Notes under the pieces: model-generated | Told to the model about the DNA's origin: nothing | The model's input: the letters and a program-made list of their open reading frames with translations, nothing else | Database searches by the model: none | Shown: one piece after another, positions 1 through 9,504 of the stretch | Position numbering within the stretch: the first letter of the stretch is position 1 | Layout of the letters: each line of letters opens with the position of its first letter | Assembly: GCA_965219085.1 (NCBI GenBank) | Contig: OZ244720.1 | Coordinates: forward strand, 2,720,001-2,784,000 | Direction of reading: 5' to 3' | From: Dehalococcoidia bacterium | GTDB lineage: Bacteria; Chloroflexota; Dehalococcoidia; UBA2979 | Length of the DNA stretch: 64,000 nucleotides | Translations under genes and position numbers: made by a program

Positions 1-510
1 GTGCGCGCCGCCCACGACGGCCCGCTGCTCCTCGTGACCCCCGACGAGCGGTACGAGCCCGCCGCGGCGGTGGCGCGCGCCACGCTGCTCATCGACGCGG
101 GGACGGGCTACAACGAGGCTGTACGGCTCGCGCTCGCCTCGCCCGAGGTGGAGGCGGCGGGCGCCGCCGCCGTCGTCCCCGCGGACCACGCCCGCGCGCG
201 GGCCGGCGAGCTACGCACAGCCCTCGCCGCGGTCGCAACACATGAGGTGGTTGTGGTGCCGTCGCTCGACGGCGGGACCGGGCTGCTCGGACTGCGGCCG
301 CCGGACGCCATCGAACCGGCGTACGGGCCGGGCTCGGCTGCGGCGCACGAGCGCGCGGCGCGCGCGGCGGGCCGCTCGCTCGCCGTGCTGCGGCTCGCCT
401 CGCTGGAGCGGGACATCGACACCGCCGGGGACCTCGCGGCGGCGGAGCCGCCACTCGGCCGGCGCACGGCGGCGTTTGTCGCCGCGCGGCGTGCGCTGCT
501 CGCCGGGTAG
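1..510 (+). CDS. cofC: 2-phospho-L-lactate/PEP guanylyltransferase (F420 biosynthesis), 5'-truncated by window edge
   Basis: DGGTG.L, YGPGSAAAH and RDIDT..DL motifs of CofC/FbiD. Confidence 0.8.
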   Translation: MRAAHDGPLLLVTPDERYEPAAAVARATLLIDAGTGYNEAVRLALASPEVEAAGAAAVVPADHARARAGELRTALAAVATHEVVVVPSLDGGTGLLGLRPPDAIEPAYGPGSAAAHERAARAAGRSLAVLRLASLERDIDTAGDLAAAEPPLGRRTAAFVAARRALLAG

Positions 511-598
511 CCCCGCGCAGGCCTCGGGGCCATCTCGGGCCGCGCCGGTGCTACGCTGGCGCGCGGCGAGCTGGTGACGCGAGGCGGGAGGTCGTGCG

Positions 599-1486
599 AT
601 GTCCGAGGTGCGCAAGGTCGGGGTGCTGGGGTGCGGGCTCATGGGCGGCGGTATCGCCCAGGTCTGCGCGACCGCCGGTTTCGAGACGGTCGTCCGCGAG
701 GCCGACCAGGATCCGCTCGATCGCGGCATGGCGGGCATCAGCCGCTCGCTCGACGGCGCCGTGCGCCGCGAGCGCATCACGGCCGAGGACCGCGAGGCGA
801 TCGGCGCGCGGCTGCACCCCACGACGAACATCGAGGACCTCGCCGACTGCGACATCGTGATCGAGGCGGTGACTGAGGACCTCGCGCTCAAGCAGCAGGT
901 GTGGGCCGAGGTGGACGGCGCCGTGCAGCCCGGCGCGATCTTCGCGTCGAACACATCGAGTCTCACGATCGCGGCGATGGCGAGTTCGACGGGGCGCGCC
1001 GAACGCTTCGTCGGACTGCACTTCTTCAACCCCGCCCCTGCCATGCGGCTGGTGGAAGTCGTGCGCACCGTGACGACCTCGGACGAGGCGTTCGAGGCGA
1101 CCATGGACTTCGCGCGAGCGCTCGGCAAGGAGCCGGTCGCGGCGAAGGATCACTCCGGCTTCATCGTGAACCTGCTGCTCATCCCCTACCTCCTCGACGC
1201 CATCCGCGCAGTCGAGCGGGGCGTGGCGAGCGTCGAGGACATCGACGTCGGGATGCGGCTGGGCGCGGCGCACCCGATGGGGCCGCTCACGCTGGCCGAT
1301 TTCATCGGCCTCGACACGCTCAACAGCATCGCCGAGAACCTGCACGCCGAGCATCACGAGCCGCGCTACGGTGCGCCGCCTCTGCTGAAGCGTATGGTTC
1401 TCGCGGGCATGTACGGACGGAAGTCAGGCCAGGGGTTCTACGACTACTCGGCGGACCCGCCGGAGGTGGCTCGACTCGGGATCTAA
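599..1486 (+). CDS. 3-hydroxybutyryl/3-hydroxyacyl-CoA dehydrogenase
   Basis: GCGLMGGGIA Rossmann motif, ASNTSS, GLHFFNP, GFIVN, HPMGPL, GRKSGQGFY. Confidence 0.93.
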   Translation: MSEVRKVGVLGCGLMGGGIAQVCATAGFETVVREADQDPLDRGMAGISRSLDGAVRRERITAEDREAIGARLHPTTNIEDLADCDIVIEAVTEDLALKQQVWAEVDGAVQPGAIFASNTSSLTIAAMASSTGRAERFVGLHFFNPAPAMRLVEVVRTVTTSDEAFEATMDFARALGKEPVAAKDHSGFIVNLLLIPYLLDAIRAVERGVASVEDIDVGMRLGAAHPMGPLTLADFIGLDTLNSIAENLHAEHHEPRYGAPPLLKRMVLAGMYGRKSGQGFYDYSADPPEVARLGI

Positions 1487-1511
1487 CCCCGCCCTGAGCT
1501 ATCCTTAATGC

Positions 1512-2690
1512 ATGACGATCGATAGCTCGATATTCGACACCGACCGCGCCATCCTCACACGCCTGCTCGGCCATCCCAGCGAGGCCGACGACACGTTCGT
1601 GCGCTGGGTCAACGCCGAACTCATCGACGGGAGCGGCGGCGCTGCAACCGCGGCCGCCTACGACACGCTCCACCACGAAGAGGTCCTCTACCACCACGAC
1701 GCCGCCTCCGGACTGCGCGCGATCATCGCGATCCACTCGACGGCCCTCGGGCCCTCGCTTGGCGGCACGCGCTGGTACCCCTACGCCGACGCAGAGGCGG
1801 CTCTGCGCGACGTACTGCGCCTCTCCATGGCGATGACCGCGAAGTCCGCCGTCTGCGGCCTCGACCTCGGCGGGGGCAAGGCTGCGGTCATCGGCAACCC
1901 CGCCGACCGCACGCCCGAGCAGCTCGCGGCCTACGCGCGCGTTATCGATCGTTTCGAGGGCCGCTACATCACCACCACCGACGTCGGCACCACGACCGCC
2001 GACCTCGACGCGCTCTCCGAGCTGACGCGCTACGTCACGGGCGCGTCGCGGGAGCGCGGCGGGAGCGGCGACACCTCGGCGCTGACCGCGGAGACCGTGA
2101 TGCTCGGGATGCGCGCGGCGCTGCGCGTCGCGTTCGGGGACGAGTCGCTTGAGGGGCGACGGATCGTCGTCGTGGGCGTCGGCAAGGTCGGCGGGCGGGT
2201 CGCGCGCGCGTGCGCGGCCGGCGGCGCGAGCGTCGCCGTGGCCGACGTGTGGCGCGACGGCGCCGAGCGGCTCGCGGCCGAGATCGGCGCCGACGTGCTC
2301 GACGTCGAGGGCGTCTACGCCGAGCCGTGCGACGTGCTCTCGCCGAACGCCCTCGGCGGCGTGCTCAACGAGGAGTCGATCCCAGCGCTGCGCTGCCGCG
2401 TCGTCTGCGGCGCCGCGAACAACCAGCTGCTGCGCGACCCCGAGGACGCCGCACTGCTCGCCGAACACGGCATCCTCTACGCGCCCGACTACGTCGTGAG
2501 CGCGGGCGGGGTGATCAACGTCGCGGTCGAACTCGACGGCTACAGCGAGGAGCGCGCGCGCACCATCGCCGCCAGCGTGTACCCGACGACGCTCGAGATC
2601 CTCGAGATGTCGCAGCGGCTGGGCATCTCGACGGCGGAGGCGGCATTGCGCCGCGTCGAGGACCGGATCGCGGCGGCGCGGGTGGCGTGA
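1512..2690 (+). CDS. Leu/Phe/Val dehydrogenase (ELFV family)
   Basis: IAIHSTALGPSLGGTR, GGGKA, GVGKVG, CGAANNQL, YAPDYVVSAGGVI. Confidence 0.92.
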   Translation: MTIDSSIFDTDRAILTRLLGHPSEADDTFVRWVNAELIDGSGGAATAAAYDTLHHEEVLYHHDAASGLRAIIAIHSTALGPSLGGTRWYPYADAEAALRDVLRLSMAMTAKSAVCGLDLGGGKAAVIGNPADRTPEQLAAYARVIDRFEGRYITTTDVGTTTADLDALSELTRYVTGASRERGGSGDTSALTAETVMLGMRAALRVAFGDESLEGRRIVVVGVGKVGGRVARACAAGGASVAVADVWRDGAERLAAEIGADVLDVEGVYAEPCDVLSPNALGGVLNEESIPALRCRVVCGAANNQLLRDPEDAALLAEHGILYAPDYVVSAGGVINVAVELDGYSEERARTIAASVYPTTLEILEMSQRLGISTAEAALRRVEDRIAAARVA

Positions 2691-3430
2691 CCTCCCCGAT
2701 CTACGACCGCATCGGCCGCGGTTACTCCACGACGCGCCGGCCCGACCCTCGCATCGCCCGACGCATCCTCGACGCCCTCGGCGGCGCGGAGCGCGTGCTC
2801 AACGTCGGCGCCGGCGCGGGCTCGTACGAGCCCGAGGCAGCGCGAGTCGTCGCGGTGGAGCCATCGAGCGAGATGGTCGCGCAGCGCGCGTCCCCCGCGC
2901 CAGTGGTGTGCGCGACCGCCGAGGCGCTCCCGTTCGCGCCGCGATCGTTCGACGCGGCGATGGCGGTGCTGACGATCCACCACTGGGACGACTGGCGCGC
3001 GGGCGTCGCGGAGATGCAGCGCGTTACGACCTCGCGGGTCGTGATCCTGACGTGGGATCCCGACCCGGGGGCGAGCTTCTGGCTGCTCGAGTACTTCCCG
3101 GGCATCCTCGAACTCGACCGCCGCCGCTTCCCGCCCCTCGACGCGCTGCGCGCGGAGACCGGCGGACGGTCGTGGGTGCTGCCCGTGCCGCACGACTGCA
3201 GAGACGGCTTCCTCGGCGCGTGGTGGCGCGAGCCCGGCGCGTACCTCGACGCCGACGTGCGGGCCGCGATGTCGGGCTTCGTGCTGCTCCCCGACGACGA
3301 GGTCGAGCGCGGCGTGGCGCGCCTCGACGCGGACATCCGCAGCGGTGCGTGGGAGCGGCGGTTCGGCGCGCTGCGGGCGCGCGAGGCGCTGGACCTCGGC
3401 TACCGCGTGGTGGTGGCCGAGGTGACGTAA
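2687..3430 (+). CDS. class I SAM-dependent methyltransferase
   Basis: VLNVGAGAGSY motif I, AEALPF...FDAAMAVLTIHHW; GTG start overlaps upstream TGA (in frame with ORF 2210..3430). Confidence 0.88.
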   Translation: MTSPIYDRIGRGYSTTRRPDPRIARRILDALGGAERVLNVGAGAGSYEPEAARVVAVEPSSEMVAQRASPAPVVCATAEALPFAPRSFDAAMAVLTIHHWDDWRAGVAEMQRVTTSRVVILTWDPDPGASFWLLEYFPGILELDRRRFPPLDALRAETGGRSWVLPVPHDCRDGFLGAWWREPGAYLDADVRAAMSGFVLLPDDEVERGVARLDADIRSGAWERRFGALRAREALDLGYRVVVAEVT

Positions 3431-3450
3431 GGGCGTCGGGCTGCGGTTGT

Positions 3451-3525
3451 TGGTAGCAGGGGCCGGATTCGAACCGGCGACCGACGGCTTATGAGTCCGC
3501 TGCTCTGCCTCTGAGCTACCCTGCC
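3451..3525 (-). tRNA. tRNA-Met (CAT), elongator type (Ile2 not excluded)
   Basis: Reverse complement GGCAGGGTAGCTCAG...CTCATAA...GGTTCGAATCC...CCCTGCTACCA; CCA encoded; lacks initiator features (no C1:A72, no three consecutive G-C pairs in anticodon stem). Confidence 0.92.
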
Positions 3526-3606
3526 ACCTGCTATTTCAAACGAGCGCGTGCGCGCTGTCCACTCCCCCGGCGGCATTGCCCTTCCACTACGTTGTATGAT
3601 TTCCGC

Positions 3607-4449
3607 ATGGATCGTTCAGCGCTGTTGATTGATGCGGGCTATTTGCTCCTCGGAGCCGGAGGCGTGGTGCTCGGCGCCGACCGCCGCGAGGACATCGACT
3701 GCGACTATGCCGCGGTGCATGACGCCCTCAGCGACTACATCGAGGACCATTCCGGACTCCCCAAGCTGCGCACTTACTGGTACGACGGCGCTCCCGGCCC
3801 GCACGGCGAGCCGACCTCCGACCATCGGCGCATCGGCGCGCTGCCCAGGCTGAAGCTGCGCCTCGGTCGCGTGATCCAGGGACAGCAGAAGGGCGTCGAC
3901 ACCCTCATCACCCTCGACTTGCTCACGTTGGCGCGGGAACGGGCCATCGCCACGGCCTACCTGCTGACCGGCGACGAGGACCTCCGCGAGGCGGTCCTCG
4001 CCGCACAGTCGCTCGGCATCCAGGTCGTGCTGCTCGGCACGCCTCCGATCGAGGGCAGCCGCCAGTCGTTCGCGCTCATCGACGAGTGCGACGAGCACAT
4101 CGTGCTGGAGGACGAGTTCTGGGAGCCGTACTTCAGCCCGGTGCAGCACATGCCTCGCCCGTACGTCCCGCCCTCGGAGGACGACGAGGAATGGGACGCT
4201 CCCGAGGAGGAGCGCGCGCGCCGCTTCGGCACGCGCTACTGCGAGCTGTGGCTGAGCGAGGCGTACCCGGACCAGGTGGACCAGGTAACCGAGCGGCTGC
4301 CCGGCATCCCCGTCGAGGTCGACGCGCCGATGTTGCGCGCAGCCGAGGTGGAGTTCGGTCCGCTGCGCGAGCGCGAAGACCTGCGCCGCGCCGTGCGACA
4401 GGGGTTCTCGGCGTACTTCGTGTCCGCGGTGTTGCCGGACACCGAGTAG
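3607..4449 (+). CDS. NYN domain (LabA/DUF88 PIN-like) protein
   Basis: LIDAGY, YWYDG, QKGVDT, LLTGDEDL motifs; TATGAT -10 box 6 nt before ATG 3607. Confidence 0.88.
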   Translation: MDRSALLIDAGYLLLGAGGVVLGADRREDIDCDYAAVHDALSDYIEDHSGLPKLRTYWYDGAPGPHGEPTSDHRRIGALPRLKLRLGRVIQGQQKGVDTLITLDLLTLARERAIATAYLLTGDEDLREAVLAAQSLGIQVVLLGTPPIEGSRQSFALIDECDEHIVLEDEFWEPYFSPVQHMPRPYVPPSEDDEEWDAPEEERARRFGTRYCELWLSEAYPDQVDQVTERLPGIPVEVDAPMLRAAEVEFGPLREREDLRRAVRQGFSAYFVSAVLPDTE

Positions 4450-4456
4450 ACCCGCG

Positions 4457-4951
4457 TCAGGCCGTCGCGCCGCCGAGCCGGGCCTCCAGCGCCATCGCGC
4501 AGCGCGCCCCCGTCCTCAGCAACACGTCTACCAGCACCCGCCGGAGCCGCTGCTCACCCCACGGCGTCGCATGCTGCTCGTCGAGCCTCGGCTCGAGCGT
4601 GCGCGCGAGCGAGGCGACGAGGCGTCGATCCTGCTCGACCCGGCCAAGCAGCGCCGGCACCGAGGGCGCGGCGTACATCACCGCGGCGACGAGCTCGGGG
4701 CGCCGGTCGACGCGAGGCGCCGCCGCCTCTCCGCCGGCAACGATCGCTGCGAGGGTGAGTCCGGCCAGTTCGAGCGTTGCGGCGAGGGACGCGACCTCGC
4801 GGCGTGGGGTGAGCCCGTTCGCATCCGGCGTATCGGCGCGCAACTCGCCAATCGCGCGCAGCGCGGCCGCGATGCGTCGATGCAACTCGCCCGCCGCCTC
4901 CTCGATCTCGGCGAGGGTGAGGGCGTCGAGGGCCGGATCGTTCGCGGGCAT
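4457..4951 (-). CDS. hypothetical helical protein (possibly DinB-like)
   Basis: Fills gap between genes, host-like codon usage, AGGAAG RBS-like sequence before ATG. Confidence 0.6.
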   Translation of the reverse strand: MPANDPALDALTLAEIEEAAGELHRRIAAALRAIGELRADTPDANGLTPRREVASLAATLELAGLTLAAIVAGGEAAAPRVDRRPELVAAVMYAAPSVPALLGRVEQDRRLVASLARTLEPRLDEQHATPWGEQRLRRVLVDVLLRTGARCAMALEARLGGATA

Positions 4952-4989
4952 GGCTTCCTGTAGGCTGGCGAGGCGTCCCGGAGGCCGCC

Positions 4990-5199
4990 GTGGGGCTGTG
5001 GCGTCATCTTCTCGTCTTTGGCGCGCTCGTCGTCAACCTCTGGGTCGGCGGCGACATCGTCGAGGCGATGGCGGGTGGCGCGGCGCGGACGGCGTTCGAG
5101 CTGGTGTTGATCACCGGCTACCTGTGGTTCGTGATCGGGCTCGGCAGGCTGCTGCGCGGGGAGCCCGACGAGACGCGGCCCGAAGACCGGCCGCGTTGA
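4990..5199 (+). CDS. small two-TM membrane protein
   Basis: GGAGG RBS before GTG; two hydrophobic segments. Confidence 0.6.
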   Translation: MGLWRHLLVFGALVVNLWVGGDIVEAMAGGAARTAFELVLITGYLWFVIGLGRLLRGEPDETRPEDRPR

Positions 5200-5261
5200 C
5201 CCCTCGATCCCACAGTGCCTAGCATCGAGGTGCTGCCGCGAGGTGCTCGCGGCAGGCGTGG

Positions 5262-5338
5262 GGGCGATTAGCTCAGGTGGCTAGAGCGTCCGGTTTACAC
5301 CCGGGAGGCCGAAGGTTCGAGTCCTTCATCGCCCACCA
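5262..5338 (+). tRNA. tRNA-Val (TAC)
   Basis: GGGCGATTAGCTCAG...TCCGG-TTTACAC-CCGGG...GGTTCGAGTCC...ATCGCCCACCA cloverleaf with CCA. Confidence 0.95.
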
Positions 5339-5351
5339 TTTCCGGCCGTGG

Positions 5352-5368
5352 CGTACCGTACTGCGAAC
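5352..5368. repeat. 17-bp inverted repeat, left copy (partner 7919-7935)
   Basis: cgtaccgtactgcgaac vs reverse complement of 7919-7935 (cgtactgtactgcgaac): 16/17 identical. Confidence 0.75.
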
Positions 5369-5502
5369 TGGTTCGACGGCTGCACTCCCACAATGCTGGC
5401 CGGGGCGGATGCTGTGGGGCGCTCGCTCACCCGAGGCTCTGGAGGCGAGCAGCGCAGTCCCTCCTGGCGGGCCGCCAACGAGGCTTCACGGCCCGGTGAT
5501 GC

Positions 5503-5756
5503 CTACTCGATCGTGACGATGTTGGTGAATGCGGAGCAGCCAGCCTTGTTGCACGCCCTGACCTTCCACTGGTCAGCGTGTACTCCCCGAAGAAGGCTCT
5601 GTTGGGGGCAATATCGAAGGACTCGGCTTCCAGCGGAGCGTTTATCGCTACCAACAGCTCACGAATCGCCAGCGAGCTGATTCGGGCGTGGACCGATGGG
5701 GCGAGCGCGAGCTTCGGTTCGAGTGCCTCCAGGCAATCCCGCAAGGCGTTCGTCAT
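5503..5756 (-). pseudogene. probable frameshifted remnant with fibronectin type III-like C-terminus
   Basis: One frame reads ...FDIAPNRAFFG; after a 1-nt shift near 5585 another reads VHADQWKVRACNKAGCSAFTNIVTIE*, resembling the VRAxNxxGxS end of FN3. Confidence 0.4.
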
Positions 5757-5939
5757 CTCGCGTCCGCGGTGAAGATGCCCCGGAAGCGCCGAGACGAGTA
5801 GCGACTCCTGCTGTACGGGTAGCCCCCGTTGTGCGAGCGCCCCGATCAGGTCTGCTACGACGGCGAGAGCGGACTCTTGAGAGCACTCCGGGCCTTCAAG
5901 AGTCGAACGGAGGGCCCGACTTCCTTTCGTCCGCTTAGC

Positions 5940-7640
5940 TTAGAACAACGCTTCGAGGTTCTCCCGGAGGTTCCGCCACCACCCCCGGTCCGACCCGAAA
6001 TTCGGTACGAAATCGACCGCATATGTGCCGTCCTCCTCCACCCTGAGCCATCCGGCCAGGGTCACCACGCGGCCCGCGGGGATTGCTTCGAAGAAGTCCG
6101 CAGGTACGTGGACGCTCACCCGTTGCACATACTCGCCCCGGTCCATCTCAAGCAGTAGCTCGTCGATGTCCTGGAACACGAGCGTGCCGCGGACCCTCAC
6201 GCACTCATCCCGGAACAGGTCGCTGGCCACCGCAATCTGCGCGGGCGACGGAATCCCGGGAGATTCCAGGGGACACGGCTTGGCGCGCGGCGAGACCACG
6301 TCGAGGCTGAACAGGACGACCAGGACCAGCACCCCTATGCCCACCGTGCCTATCACCCATGTGAAGCACCCGCGGAGGCACCCGCCGCCTTTCGCCTTCT
6401 CAGCCGGCCCCTCCCACCACTGCGTCTGATACTCCGTCGACAGCGCCCCCGCCGGGGCTGCCGGAGGACTGCTCTGCGCCTCCAACTCAGGCGCAATCTC
6501 TCCAGTTTCGTCGGCGGCCCCGCGGTGCGCAGCCTCCTCGGTATCCGGCGACTCAAATTCGAGCAGTTCGAGCTCTGATTCATAACCTAGCTCCGCAGCC
6601 GCGTTCGCCGCGTCGCCCGACCGCCCGGTCAAGCCCCACTGCAGCGCGTGCATGAAGCCGGAATAGGCCACGCCCAGGTCGGCGTCCTGTAGGGAGGATG
6701 CCCTGTCGGATCCGAACCACGGTGGAGCCGAGACCGCAACGCCGAGCCACGGCTGGGCCACATTCAGGGCGACGGCGTAGGCCAGCATGGAATCTGATTG
6801 GTCCTGAGCGCCCGTCCGTTCAGATCCGGCCAGGGTCTCTTTCAAACCAAGCCACTGACTTATCTCGAGTGCCCCCGCCGGCGTTGGCGTCAGCATGCCC
6901 GTTGGTACCGGTGCCGCCATCAGCAGATATACGAAGCCCGCGAGCGCGCCGATTAGTGCGTTCGCCCACCACTGGGCCAGCCAGAGAGCCGTCCAGAGCC
7001 CGCTGCCAACGCCCATCAAGGCCCCGGCCAACATGGCCCATTCGATCCCGTCCCCGGGATTCTCCCTCCTTACTCGTACCGGGTTGTCATGGAACAGGCC
7101 ACGCTGCTGCAGGTACTCTCCCAACTGGTCACCGATGGCGTCTTGGCGCTTGCTTATCGCTTCATGCAGCGCATCGATCGTTGTGAAGCGCGACGGCAGG
7201 CTGTCGCATATCGTTCGCTCCCAGTCATGCTGTGTGGGACCCTGCCGGGACAGCCGGTACAGGAAGCCGACCCGCGTTCCCGCGGCCTCGATTCGCAACG
7301 TGCCGCGCTGGCACATCTCGATGATGGAGGCCAGCATCGTTGGGGCCCATATCATGTGGCCTTCCAGCGCAGATACCGCCGCGGCGGGCATTGAACCGGG
7401 CTGCGGGGTCCCCGAGTACCCTGGGCGCTGGCGCCGGTGCTTGGGCCACAGCCACAGCACGACAATAAGCAGTTGCGCTGCGACTACGCCTATCGTTCGG
7501 AAGCCCCATGCCGTCAGCTGCTGCCAGTCCATCGCCCGATAGTCGGGAAAGCCGCTTTCGGCGATGACCCCGCCCGGGTCCACCGCGAACAGTAACCCGA
7601 TGATGGCGAGGGCTGCGACCGCTACCACCACACTTACCAT
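5940..7640 (-). CDS. DUF2207-like membrane protein with additional C-terminal domain
   Basis: PAAAVSAL...ASIIEMCQRGTLRI and LAYAVALNVAQPW segments typical of the DUF2207 C-part; several TM helices; atypical codon usage. Confidence 0.65.
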   Translation of the reverse strand: MVSVVVAVAALAIIGLLFAVDPGGVIAESGFPDYRAMDWQQLTAWGFRTIGVVAAQLLIVVLWLWPKHRRQRPGYSGTPQPGSMPAAAVSALEGHMIWAPTMLASIIEMCQRGTLRIEAAGTRVGFLYRLSRQGPTQHDWERTICDSLPSRFTTIDALHEAISKRQDAIGDQLGEYLQQRGLFHDNPVRVRRENPGDGIEWAMLAGALMGVGSGLWTALWLAQWWANALIGALAGFVYLLMAAPVPTGMLTPTPAGALEISQWLGLKETLAGSERTGAQDQSDSMLAYAVALNVAQPWLGVAVSAPPWFGSDRASSLQDADLGVAYSGFMHALQWGLTGRSGDAANAAAELGYESELELLEFESPDTEEAAHRGAADETGEIAPELEAQSSPPAAPAGALSTEYQTQWWEGPAEKAKGGGCLRGCFTWVIGTVGIGVLVLVVLFSLDVVSPRAKPCPLESPGIPSPAQIAVASDLFRDECVRVRGTLVFQDIDELLLEMDRGEYVQRVSVHVPADFFEAIPAGRVVTLAGWLRVEEDGTYAVDFVPNFGSDRGWWRNLRENLEALF

Positions 7641-7918
7641 GGCTAACCTTGCTTCTCGGGTCGTACTGCCTTACTTGACCCCGCCGGACATCCGTCCTTC
7701 ATACTGCTCTCAGAGAGGAGCTGTCGCCATGCGATACCCGCGCCCAGCCGTGTCGGAGGCGATCCCCTGGAGGCAGAGGATAGCGGCGTAGGCGTCCGGG
7801 ACGGCAACTACGGCCTCCCTGGCCAGCTTCCCCTTCCAGACGACGGGCCGGGCTATGGCGGTGTAGCCGCTGCCCTGGGTTGGCGGACCCCTCCCCCAAT
7901 AGGACCTCCCAGCGGAAC

Positions 7919-7935
7919 GTTCGCAGTACAGTACG
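7919..7935. repeat. 17-bp inverted repeat, right copy (partner 5352-5368)
   Basis: gttcgcagtacagtacg, followed by tRNA-3'-end-like ggcgcacca. Confidence 0.75.
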
Positions 7936-8054
7936 TGTAGGCGCACCACTCAAGCTCACGGCGGCGGACACGGGGAGAACAGCAATCGCTCCGAGGTCGG
8001 CCAGGAGCGCCGGTTCCCCGGACCGGTGCGCCGGTATCGGCATCGTTCGCGGGC

Positions 8055-8507
8055 ATGGTGTGGATGGTGGTCATGCGGTCGGATGCGAGTGAGGGGCAAG
8101 AGCCCACTTCCGAGCTGATCACGGCAGGGATCCGGGAGCTGGGAGACTGGCGCGGCGACAAGCTCGCCCTCGTCCGAAGGCTCATTCACGAGGCCGACCC
8201 GGCCATCCTCGAGGAATGGAAATGGCGAGGAACGCCCGTCTGGTCGCACGACGGAATCGTTTGTACCGCTGAGGCCTACAAGCAGACCGTCAAGCTGACC
8301 TTCGCCAAGGGCGCCCTCCTCGCGGACCCCCACCATCTGTTCAACGCGGGGTTGACGGGAAACGTCCGTCGAGCGATCGACCTTCGGGTCGAGGATGAGG
8401 TCGACGGCCCCGCGCTCCGAGACCTGATCCGGGAGGCCGTCGCCTTCAACCAGGACCATCCTCCCAGGCAACGCCGGTCCGCAGGAAAGGGCTCGTCGGG
8501 TCGATGA
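8055..8507 (+). CDS. DUF1801 domain protein
   Basis: LGDWRG..L..VRRLIHEADP...EEWKWRGTPVWSHDG...VKLTFAKGA. Confidence 0.88.
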   Translation: MVWMVVMRSDASEGQEPTSELITAGIRELGDWRGDKLALVRRLIHEADPAILEEWKWRGTPVWSHDGIVCTAEAYKQTVKLTFAKGALLADPHHLFNAGLTGNVRRAIDLRVEDEVDGPALRDLIREAVAFNQDHPPRQRRSAGKGSSGR

Positions 8508-8676
8508 GCGCTCCCGTGCGCGGCCCGGCTGACGCCATGCCCCGCGCCATCCCAACAGCGGACCTCGGACTGGGACCGGCACCCGACACCGGTCGGCCTC
8601 ACGCCACGCGTAGCCCTGCGACGCCGCTGTCACGAGCATGCTTGTTACACGCGGCTCCTGCGCGAACACTCCTGCC

Positions 8677-9417
8677 ATGCCCGCGATCCAGGTAGTGCCG
8701 TCTCTGACCCCGTCGCATCGTCCACCGGTGGTGCTGGTGCACGGCGCCGCGAACTCCTCGGCGGTGTGGCGGTTCTGGCAGGAGGCGCTCGCCGAGCGAG
8801 GGTGGAGCAGCCATGCCGTCGACCTGCGAGGCCATGGCGAGAGTGAGGGCTCGGTCGATGGGGCGACGATGTCGGACTACGCCGACGACGTGACGGCCGT
8901 GGTCGACGGGCTACCCGAGACGCCGATCGTGGTGGGGTGGAGCATGGGCGGCCTCGTGGCCATCATGGTCGCCGCCCGTGGCCGGGCGAGGGCGTGCGTA
9001 GGCCTGGCGCCGAGTACGCCGGCGGCGCGGCGCGACGAGGGCGTCGAGGTGCGCCCCGGCGTGTTCGGCCCCGAGGAGTACGGGATCACGAGCGAGGATC
9101 CTGCCGAGCAGCCCACCATGCCCGACCTCGACATCGAGGAGCGGGTGGTCGCCATCGAGTCGCTGTCACCGGAGTCGAGGACGGCGCGCGACGATCGCAA
9201 GGCCGGGATCGTGATTGATGCGTTGCCGTGTCCGCTCCTCGTGGTCACGGGCAGCGCGGACCGGGACTGGCCGCGGTCGGCCTACGACGGTATGCACCTC
9301 CCGGCCGAGTACCTCGAGGCACGCGGCGCGTCGCACTGGGGGCTCATGCTGAACCGCCGCGTGCTGCCGGGCCTGTCGAAGCAGGTGACCGATTGGCTCG
9401 ATGCGAACGTGACGTAA
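8677..9417 (+). CDS. alpha/beta hydrolase
   Basis: LVHGA, DLRGHGES, GWSMGG nucleophile elbow, C-terminal SH. Confidence 0.9.
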   Translation: MPAIQVVPSLTPSHRPPVVLVHGAANSSAVWRFWQEALAERGWSSHAVDLRGHGESEGSVDGATMSDYADDVTAVVDGLPETPIVVGWSMGGLVAIMVAARGRARACVGLAPSTPAARRDEGVEVRPGVFGPEEYGITSEDPAEQPTMPDLDIEERVVAIESLSPESRTARDDRKAGIVIDALPCPLLVVTGSADRDWPRSAYDGMHLPAEYLEARGASHWGLMLNRRVLPGLSKQVTDWLDANVT

Positions 9418-9452
9418 CGCGGCGCTGTCGGCTCATCGCAGTGGACGCCAAA

Positions 9453-9485
9453 CGGCCGCGCTCGGAAGAGCGCGGCCGCTTGTTT
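9453..9485. terminator. hairpin terminator between convergent genes
   Basis: cggccgcgctc-ggaa-gagcgcggccg followed by cttgttt. Confidence 0.75.
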
Positions 9486-9504
9486 AGTCGCCGTGCGGAA
9501 GTGG

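Noticed and set aside
6962-6971. tcgcccacca as attR copy of the tRNA-Val 3' end
   Set aside because: Only 10 bp, inside an intact coding region where the minus strand encodes WWA; likely chance.
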